Below are positions 20,901 through 27,390 of a stretch of DNA of 64,000 nt, in pieces. The DNA comes from Acidimicrobiales bacterium (lineage in GTDB: Bacteria > Actinomycetota > Acidimicrobiia > Acidimicrobiales > CATQHL01). The notes under the pieces were generated by a model. The model saw only the letters and a list, made by a program, of their open reading frames with translations, was not told where the DNA came from and ran no database searches. Each line of letters opens with the position of its first letter. Within the stretch, counting starts at the first letter, position 1. The translations under genes were made by a program, and so were the position numbers. The stretch spans positions 1,223,890-1,287,889 of the forward strand of contig CBDBQD010000002.1 in NCBI GenBank assembly GCA_965209115.1, given 5' to 3'.

Positions 20901-21551
20901 GATCGGCAGGCGGTAGGGCGCGCCGGTGGCCTCGCCGCCGTGGCCGTTGGCTGCGCCCCAGCCGTCGGCGCCCAGGTCCACCGAGCCGGTGCCGTCGGCG
21001 ACACCGGCCACGATCCGCAGCGCCGTCACCACCCCGCACGACCGGGACAGGGCGATGGCGTGGCGCCCCAGGTCGAGCGCCTCCTGCGGGTCGCCGGGCA
21101 CCAGGAAGGGCATGCGCAGCGACGCCAGGGTGCCCTCGGAGGAACTGCCCACGGTGGAGGACTTGGCGTAGGGGTCGTCGCCGACCAGCATCACCGCCCC
21201 GCCGAGCGGTGACGTCCCGGTCAGGACGGCGTGGCGCATGGCGTCACAGGCCCGGTCCAGCCCCGGGGCCTTGCCGTACCACACGCCCAGGACTCCGTCC
21301 TTGGTGGCGTCGCTGAACCCTGCCACGAGTTGGCTGCCCATGACCGCGGCGGCGGCCAGCTCCTCGTTGAGGCCGGGCTGGTGGACGAGTTGCAGCCCGG
21401 CGGTCTCGGCCAGACCGGCCACCCGGGTGACCTCCATGTCGAGGGTGGCCAGGGGCGATCCCGGGTAGCCGCAGACGAAGGCGGCGGTGTTTCGGCCGGC
21501 TGCACGGTCCCGCCGCAGCTGCTCGAACGGCAGCCTCGCCAGGATCTGCAC
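17988..21551 (-). CDS. indolepyruvate/2-oxoacid:ferredoxin oxidoreductase family protein (fused alpha-beta)
   Basis: 1187 aa. Motifs: CSGCPHNSS and the ferredoxin-like CEGCGDCGDVSNC. The N-terminus is uncertain because conserved-looking sequence continues upstream of GTG 21551 (see findings). Confidence 0.85.
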   Translation of the reverse strand: MQILARLPFEQLRRDRAAGRNTAAFVCGYPGSPLATLDMEVTRVAGLAETAGLQLVHQPGLNEELAAAAVMGSQLVAGFSDATKDGVLGVWYGKAPGLDRACDAMRHAVLTGTSPLGGAVMLVGDDPYAKSSTVGSSSEGTLASLRMPFLVPGDPQEALDLGRHAIALSRSCGVVTALRIVAGVADGTGSVDLGADGWGAANGHGGEATGAPYRLPILPGHDGPPEPYRHRPDGNLMPPYTNDIERDLVEVRLELARSYGARNGLNRLTTPGGPARVGIVASGNCYQEMLEALRLLGLPGIGDIAGAGIRLAKFSLPYPLDPSFVRSFAAGLSEVIVLEEKDPHLELFVKDALYPLADRPAVVGKRDDRGEPLLARHAGLDADALTGPLHARLSAHLSSDRLGPPAAVPRRRQSLPVSARRTPYFCSGCPHNSSTRVPDGSLVGVGIGCHGMVSLMETERVGEWSSVCSMGAEGATWVGMSPFTEREHSFQNLGDGTYAHSGQLGIQFAVAAGVNITFKLLYNGAVAMTGGQDPTGIVGVPEMARILLAQGVRQVLITTEDLGRYKRVTLPTGVEVWDRKRLIEAQERLQAVEGVTVLIHDQFCAAELRRARRRGQQPTPKTRVLINERVCEGCGDCGDVSNCLSVQPVNTPYGRKTKIDQTTCNFDYSCIDGDCPSFATVRPARAGRQRRIARKRAAASPSTTERVRPVAPDDIPEPIPAGPANMTVRMAGIGGTGVVTASHLLGTAALLSGRHVQGLDQTGLSQKAGPVLSDVRISSDEPIASNKATEGMVDLYLAFDLLTAAAPGALAGASAKRTLVVASITPTSTGQMVVHPEQGYPRTEELRSVVDGTSRAGENRWVDAGAITRRLFGNTTSANVFLIGVAYQCGALPITAASFESAIDLNGVAAERNREAFRWGRQWVIDPAGVELAAANAAAAGAAPPPDDAGSAPPDSGDFLAPGVRRILDPLAARTGFGDLLEMLSVDLSAYQSAGYAEDFLRFIAEVADAEEDLDGWDLTATVARSLHKLTAYKDEYEVARLLLEPDAVANAEAIAGPGARLLWHLHPPFLRALGVSRKLKLGRWARPLLVALRGAKRLRGTPLDLFGYAKVRRCERRLPGEYREAIRALLGTLDAINRDEAVGIADLVDQIRGYEDLKMSRVATYRQELSERVERFCAAVPAGSSA

Positions 21552-21794
21552 GCCCGAGGCGAAGACCCTGCCCTCGTCGCGCAGGTACCGGTCGTCGAGG
21601 CGGTACGCCGGGGTCCCTACGCTCGGGTCACCAGATGTCGCCGGGTTGGTCGTGGGGTCTATGCCTGCAGGCTACCGCGGGGGTCTCCGACTGTCCTGCG
21701 CGGAGTGCTGCGGAGCGCCACGAGCCGCTGTGCATGCAGTGCAGGTGTGTGTCGGTTGCTCGCGGCCTCTCCCGCTCGGCCTAACATCCGCCGC

Positions 21795-22955
21795 GTGAGC
21801 GTGGATCCCGAAGTGGCCGACGAACTGGTCGCCACGATCGCGGCCTGGGTGGATCGGGAGGTCGTGCCCGAGGCGAGCCGCTTCGAGCACGCCGACGAGT
21901 TCCCCGAGGCCATGTTCACTCGGATGTGCGACTTCGGCCTGTTCGGCGCCACGATCGAGGAGGCCTATGGCGGCCTCGGACTCGACGCACTGACCTACGC
22001 CCGCATCGTCGAGGAGTTGTCTCGGGGCTGGATGTCCCTCGCGGGAATCCTCAACACCCACGTGCTGTCGGTGGCCATGATCACCCGCTTCGGAACTCCC
22101 GAGCAGCGGGAGCGATTCCTGCCGCGCATGGTGGACGGCTCGCTGCGGTCCGCCTTCTCGCTGTCGGAACCCGACGCGGGCAGCGACACCCAGAACATTC
22201 GCTGCCGGGCAATCCCCGACGGCGACGAGTGGCTCGTCAACGGCACCAAGATGTGGGTCACCAACGGCATGCGCGCCGGCCTGGTGATGCTGCTGGCGCG
22301 CACCCCCGATGACCGGATCACCTGCTTCGTCGTGGAGAAGACCCCGGGCCCGGCCGACGGGGGGCTGACGATCAGCCGCAAGATCGACAAGCTGGGCTAC
22401 AAGGGCGTCGAGACGGTGGAGATGTCCTACGTCAACCACCGTGTGCCCGACGCCAACATGCTCGGCGGCCCCGAGGGTCTGGGCAAGGGCCTGCGCTACG
22501 CGCTTGCCGCCCTCGAGCTGGGGAGGGTCAACATCGCGGCCCGCGCCGTGGGGGTGGGCCAGGCGGCCTACGACGCCGCAATGGCCTATGCGCAGGAGCG
22601 CGAGACGTTCGGGCGGCCCATATTCGAGCACCAGGCCGTGCGCTTCATGCTGGCGGAGATGGCGACCAAGCTGCACGCCGCCCGGCTGCTGACCCACGAC
22701 GCCGCCCGGCGCTACGACGAGGGCCAGCGCATCGACCTCGAGGCGGGGATGGCGAAGCTGTTCGCCTCCGAGGCCGCCTACGAGATCGCCACCGACGCCA
22801 TGCGCATCCACGGCGGCTACGGCTACACCACCGAGTACCCCGTGGAGCGCTACTACCGGGACACGCCGCTGATGATCATCGGCGAGGGCACCAACGAGAT
22901 CCAGAAACTCGTCATCGCCCGCCAACTGCTCTCCCGCTGGCTGGAGAAGAATTAA
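21795..22955 (+). CDS. acyl-CoA dehydrogenase
   Basis: GTG 21795 (VSVDPEVADELV...). Motifs: SEPDAGSD, KMWVTNG and the C-terminal YRDTPLMIIGEGTNEIQKLVIAR. The upstream part of ORF 21231..22955 is antisense to IOR. Confidence 0.9.
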   Translation: MSVDPEVADELVATIAAWVDREVVPEASRFEHADEFPEAMFTRMCDFGLFGATIEEAYGGLGLDALTYARIVEELSRGWMSLAGILNTHVLSVAMITRFGTPEQRERFLPRMVDGSLRSAFSLSEPDAGSDTQNIRCRAIPDGDEWLVNGTKMWVTNGMRAGLVMLLARTPDDRITCFVVEKTPGPADGGLTISRKIDKLGYKGVETVEMSYVNHRVPDANMLGGPEGLGKGLRYALAALELGRVNIAARAVGVGQAAYDAAMAYAQERETFGRPIFEHQAVRFMLAEMATKLHAARLLTHDAARRYDEGQRIDLEAGMAKLFASEAAYEIATDAMRIHGGYGYTTEYPVERYYRDTPLMIIGEGTNEIQKLVIARQLLSRWLEKN

Positions 22956-23143
22956 TGCCCAGGAACGCGGGCGAGAAGTTTGTGGCCACCGGCGGCGGCG
23001 AGCCGGTGCGGCCCGCGCGGGTCGAACGATCGGGGCGGCGAGAGCTGGGGCAGGACGTCGGGGTGTTCGAGTACCCGGAGGACTTCAATGAGCCGCTGTC
23101 GGCGGGCCTGCTCGGCGCCTTCGAGGGCGAGAGCGCTGATTGA
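22955..23143 (+). CDS. small hypothetical protein with an antitoxin-like C-terminal tail
   Basis: 62 aa. Its ATG overlaps the ACAD stop by 1 nt. The tail RRELGQDVGVFEYPEDFNEPL resembles the (D/E)DFDxPL tails of some type II antitoxins, but no N-terminal DNA-binding fold is recognisable. Confidence 0.3.
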   Translation: MPRNAGEKFVATGGGEPVRPARVERSGRRELGQDVGVFEYPEDFNEPLSAGLLGAFEGESAD

Positions 23144-23252
23144 CATAGGCGTGTGCCATGGATGCGGACGCCGGCCGGTCGCTTAGGGGCGGTCTCGACG
23201 GCTGCGGGAGGTAGCGGCTCGTGCCGCAACCGTTTCGTAGACTGGTTTCCCC

Positions 23253-23325
23253 GCCCCCGTAGCTCAGGGGACAGAGCAGGGGACTTCTAATCCCAAGGCC
23301 GCAGGTTCGAATCCTGCCGGGGGCG
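23253..23325 (+). tRNA. tRNA-Arg (anticodon TCT)
   Basis: Hand-folded cloverleaf: acceptor GCCCCCG/CGGGGGC, D arm GCTC-AGGGGACA-GAGC, anticodon loop CTTCTAA, T arm GCAGG-TTCGAAT-CCTGC, discriminator G. Total 73 nt. Confidence 0.9.
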
Positions 23326-23510
23326 CGGCGCCTCATCGTCGGGTATGGCACCGTGACAGCGGAGTGCACCACCGATCGGGCGACTGGCGGTTGACATCCG
23401 GACGGCGGTTCGGCGTAGTCGTCCAGACCGATGCCCTGCGCAGCGTCCTCGACCCGACCTGCCCACACCGCGGCGGGGGTTGAGCCACCTCGAGGCCGGT
23501 GGCGTCGGAG

Positions 23511-23712
23511 TTGGCGGCGTCCGAGGTGTCGGTAAGGCTGTCTCACCCCGTTCGTACGATCGGGTCCCTCGATCGAGGAGCCGAGACGAAGGCCGTGGCA
23601 GAACATTCGGTCATCGAGCAGACTGAGACGACGTGGAATCCAACCACGGGTTGTGCCCGCACGTCGCCGAGCCGCGACCACTGCTACGCGCTCGCTAAGC
23701 GGCTCAAGTCAG
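23511..23712 (+). pseudogene. decayed copy of the leader and first ~45 codons of the DUF5131 (Gp37/Gp68) gene
   Basis: Aligns by eye with 32981-33190. [38 protein letters not shown] corresponds to [40 protein letters not shown] in the intact gene. The middle Cys is lost, there are 3-nt and 6-nt deletions, and similarity stops at ~23712. Confidence 0.75.
23530..23564 (+). promoter_or_regulatory. conserved 35-nt leader element, copy 1
   Basis: cggtaaggctgtctcaccccgttcgtacgatcggg differs at 2 of 35 positions from 33001-33035. It contains the -10-like hexamer TACGAT. Confidence 0.35.
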
Positions 23713-23818
23713 AGATCCACCTCAGGTACGATCATCGCCGAGGTTCGCGGTGCGCAGTGCGGCGGCACTCACATCCGTCGCCGGTACGCGAGCGCACGTC
23801 GTCGGGAGGAGGCAGCAG

Positions 23819-24772
23819 ATGGCACGTTCAGACCTGCTGTTGAATCTCGTCGAGGCTGAGCGTTCGGGGGACCGGCAGCGGTTCTTGATGGTTGTCGAGT
23901 CGGTAATCGCAGAGGAGCGCCGGAAGCAGCATCATCTCGTTGCGGACCGGCTCGAAGAACTCATCTCGACGGCTGGATCCTCGGCGACCGCCCGGTACCA
24001 GAGCCCACCGGTAGCCCAGGACGGCCTGCTGCTGGAGGTCGTGCCGAGGCGGCGGCTGGCGGACCTGTCGCTGACGTCCGAAACGGCGACAACAGTGTCC
24101 GAGGTCATTGAGGAGCACCGCCGACGTGATGTGCTGAGGGCGCACGGGCTCGAGCCACGGCACCGGCTGATGCTTGTTGGGCCGCCCGGCAACGGCAAGA
24201 CGAGCCTGGCTGAGGCGATCGCCGCGGAACTGATGGTGCCGATGTTGGTGGCCTCGTATGAGGCGCTGATCAGCAGCTACCTCGGTGAGACTGCCAGCCG
24301 ACTCGCTGCGCTGTTCGAGTTCGTTCGATCGCGAGAATGCGTCTTGTTCTTTGATGAGTTCGACACGATTGCAAAGGAGAGGGCGGACGACCACGACACC
24401 GGTGAACTCAAGCGCGTGGTGTCGTCCCTCTTGTTGGGCGTTGATCGGCTACCGAGCCACGTAGTCGTGGTGACAGCGTCGAACCACCCGGAAGTCTTGG
24501 ACCGGGCCGCCGGGCGGCGGTTTCAAGTGCACGCAAACCTGCCGGCGCCGTCGCAGGCCGAGATCCAGCGGTTCGTCGAGCGACAGGAGAAGCGCGGTCA
24601 CGGCTTCGGCGTCAGTTCTGAGACGATCGCGAAGACCATGGTCGGTGCGAGTTACTCCGAGGTCGAAGACCTCCTGCTGGGTATTCGCCGCCGCTATGTG
24701 CTCGGCCTCCCAGATGCCGACCTGAAACGGACGGCACGAGAACGGCTGGATAGGTGGCGGAAGCAGACCTAG
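23819..24772 (+). CDS. ietA: AAA+ ATPase, IetA-like
   Basis: ATG 23819. Walker A GPPGNGKTS, Walker B VLFFDEFD, sensor region VVVTASNHPEVLD. Immediately followed by, and overlapping, an S8 protease gene, which is the IetAS architecture. Confidence 0.6.
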   Translation: MARSDLLLNLVEAERSGDRQRFLMVVESVIAEERRKQHHLVADRLEELISTAGSSATARYQSPPVAQDGLLLEVVPRRRLADLSLTSETATTVSEVIEEHRRRDVLRAHGLEPRHRLMLVGPPGNGKTSLAEAIAAELMVPMLVASYEALISSYLGETASRLAALFEFVRSRECVLFFDEFDTIAKERADDHDTGELKRVVSSLLLGVDRLPSHVVVVTASNHPEVLDRAAGRRFQVHANLPAPSQAEIQRFVERQEKRGHGFGVSSETIAKTMVGASYSEVEDLLLGIRRRYVLGLPDADLKRTARERLDRWRKQT

Positions 24773-27312
24773 TAGCACCGCCTTGGATCGTGCTCGAGGC
24801 GGTGCGGAAGGAGCGTATGCCGCCGCCGCAGCAGACAGGTCGGCCGCGTCTTCATACCCCTGACCATGGTGATCAGGTCACGCGGCGGGATCCTGGTTGG
24901 GCGTCGATCCGCAGAGCGTTCGATGCCGAGCGGATGCGGGTCGAGACTGCTGTCGGGTCGGAGGAGCCCGAACTCGTCGTTGTCATCGAGGTAGCGCGGT
25001 CGGTCGATGACTTCCTCGACACGGTTGAGAACATCGACGGCCTTGAGTTCCTGTTCGAGGACGCGGACGACCGCCCGCCGGACGACGACTTCCACCTGCT
25101 GCAGAAACGGAGGCATGCTGACGAGTACCGGCGGACGGCTTCCACGTCGCTCGCGTCCACCGTGTACTTCGTGTTCACCGACGCTGCCGCAGTCCGCGAC
25201 TTGTTGTCGATGTGGAAGCAGTTCAAGGAGAACCCATCCCTCCGACTTCCTCGGCCGTGGAGGCAGGTCTTCGCTCAGCAGGTCGAGGACGTGCGAGCCT
25301 GGGGGCCCAAGGATCGGTTGACAAAGTCGTTCGACGACGCCGTCCAGGCGGCGGAGTGGGAGGGGCTTGAGCGGATCTCCGTCGAGGTTGAACTCTGGTA
25401 TCGACGAGACCAGGAGGGTCGTGACGAGGCGGGTCGCCGCGTTCGCGACGAGGCGGCGGCGTGTGGGGGAACGGTCGTCAACGAGTGCGTGATTGAGGGC
25501 ATCGACTATCACGCACTGCTCGTTGAACTTCCCGTCGGAGAGGCGAAGTCCTTCTTCTCGGAGAACCCGGGGAATCTCGTCAGTGCGAAACAGGTGATGT
25601 ACCTGCATCGAAGCACGCAGTCAACGGTTCGTCGCCTTGAGGCCGTCGGCGAGTCACCCGCAGTCACCTCGGACGGCCCGAAACCGTCGGGATCACCGCG
25701 GATCGCGCTGCTCGATGGGTTGCCGATGGCGAACCACGACCTGCTCGCGGGCCGTCTCATCATTGACGACCCGGACGACCGCGAGCAGAGCTACCCAGCG
25801 CGGCACCGCCGGCACGGAACGGCGATGGCATCGGTCATCATCCATGGGGACCTGTCGGCGGCGCGGGATGTCTTGAGCCGTCCGCTGTACGTCCGCCCGA
25901 TCCTCGTAGCGCCCGACCGAGACGACGAGCCCGAGCGATACCCGAGAACCGAGTTGGTGTGCGATGTCGTGCACCGCGCGATTGTGCGAATCTGCGAGGG
26001 CGAGGGCGACGCTCCGCCGGTGGCTCCCGGTGTGAAGGTGGTCAACATCTCGATTGGTGATCCGGATCGCCATCTGGCTCGCCGTGTCAGTCCTCTGGCC
26101 CGATTACTGGACTATCTCGCTGACCGCTACGACCTGCTGTTTGTAGTCGCTGCGGGCAATCACCCTAAGCCGATCTCCTACGAGCCTCAGACCGGGGATC
26201 TCACGACCGACCTGCGGCGGGCGATCGTTGACGACTCACTTGATCGCCGGTTGCTTTCGCCGGCCGAATCGATCAACTCTCTGACGGTCGGCGCCCTCAA
26301 TTCGGATCGCAGCAACTCGGTTGTGAGGGCAGCAGACCATGTGGAGCCCGCGCCACCCGGCTCGCCGGCGCTGTATTCCGCGGTCGGCCGTGGCTTCGCT
26401 CGTTCGGTGAAGCCGGAGGTGTTCGCTCCCGGTGGCCGCCAGGTCTACGCGGAAGGCTTCGATAACGGTCAACCGGTACGAACGCTGCGGCCGATCGACA
26501 ACGTGGTGATAGGGCCGGGAGTGCTCCTTGCTCAGCCCAACTCCGCTGGCTCGACGGTCTCAGCTGAGTACTGGCGAGGCACGAGCCCGGCGACGGCCCA
26601 TGTCACGAGGTTCGCGTCCGATGTCCTCGACCGACTGGAACTCCTGCAGGCCGACCGCGGCGACGATGCTGTGCCCGACGAGTCGCTGACCGTGTTGACG
26701 AAGGCGCTTGTCGTCCACGCGGCAAGCTGGGGTGAGCCAATGACCTGGGAGACTGACGCGGGGGTCTCGGGCTCAGAGCGCCGCGGCGGGCTGAGCAGAC
26801 TGCTCGGTTACGGGCGCGTGTCGCCGTCCTGGCTGTTCACCGACGCGCCGCACCGGGCGACCCTGATTGCGACTGACGTGCTCGATGCCAACGAACAGGC
26901 ATTCTTTGACATCCCGCTCCCAGAGGGGCTCCGTTCGTCGACACACCGGCGCCGTCTCCGACTTACCTTGGCATGGTTCTCGCCGATCAACCCGAGGCAC
27001 CAGTCGTACCGCCGCGCTCGACTCGCACTTGAGATTCCGAAGACGAGTCGGACATTGATCGAAGTGGATCGCGCCGAGGTCCACCACGATACGGCGGTGC
27101 GTGGCACCGTCCAGCACGAGCTTCTCGAGGGGACCGATGCGCCGGTGTTCGACGACGGTGACAGATTCGGGGTCTTGGTGACGGCCCGGGCCGGAGCTGG
27201 AGCGCCTGGGGACAACATCCGGTTCGGATTGGTAGCCACCCTCGAGACCGCGATTGAGGCGGGCATCGCAGTGCGCGAGCAGATGCGAGCGAGGGTGCGG
27301 GTACGGCGATAG
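24754..27312 (+). CDS. ietS: S8-family (subtilisin-like) serine peptidase, IetS-like
   Basis: 852 aa. Catalytic-triad contexts are IALLDGLP (Asp), HGTAMASVIIHG (His) and GTSPATAHVTRF (Ser), with VVAAGNH as the oxyanion Asn. A large N-terminal domain of unknown function precedes them. The start codon (GTG 24754) is uncertain. Confidence 0.6.
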   Translation: MAEADLVAPPWIVLEAVRKERMPPPQQTGRPRLHTPDHGDQVTRRDPGWASIRRAFDAERMRVETAVGSEEPELVVVIEVARSVDDFLDTVENIDGLEFLFEDADDRPPDDDFHLLQKRRHADEYRRTASTSLASTVYFVFTDAAAVRDLLSMWKQFKENPSLRLPRPWRQVFAQQVEDVRAWGPKDRLTKSFDDAVQAAEWEGLERISVEVELWYRRDQEGRDEAGRRVRDEAAACGGTVVNECVIEGIDYHALLVELPVGEAKSFFSENPGNLVSAKQVMYLHRSTQSTVRRLEAVGESPAVTSDGPKPSGSPRIALLDGLPMANHDLLAGRLIIDDPDDREQSYPARHRRHGTAMASVIIHGDLSAARDVLSRPLYVRPILVAPDRDDEPERYPRTELVCDVVHRAIVRICEGEGDAPPVAPGVKVVNISIGDPDRHLARRVSPLARLLDYLADRYDLLFVVAAGNHPKPISYEPQTGDLTTDLRRAIVDDSLDRRLLSPAESINSLTVGALNSDRSNSVVRAADHVEPAPPGSPALYSAVGRGFARSVKPEVFAPGGRQVYAEGFDNGQPVRTLRPIDNVVIGPGVLLAQPNSAGSTVSAEYWRGTSPATAHVTRFASDVLDRLELLQADRGDDAVPDESLTVLTKALVVHAASWGEPMTWETDAGVSGSERRGGLSRLLGYGRVSPSWLFTDAPHRATLIATDVLDANEQAFFDIPLPEGLRSSTHRRRLRLTLAWFSPINPRHQSYRRARLALEIPKTSRTLIEVDRAEVHHDTAVRGTVQHELLEGTDAPVFDDGDRFGVLVTARAGAGAPGDNIRFGLVATLETAIEAGIAVREQMRARVRVRR

Positions 27313-27390
27313 TCAATGAGCAACCCACGGTCACGATGAACGCAACCCTCCGGGAGAATCTGAGCGAGTCAACGTCGCCTGGACGGCGCG

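Noticed and set aside
23085-23681. 198-aa minus-strand ORF covering the tRNA-Arg region
   Set aside because: It contains the antisense translation of the tRNA (GRIRTCGLGIRSPLLCPLSYGG) and is otherwise Arg/Pro-rich noise.
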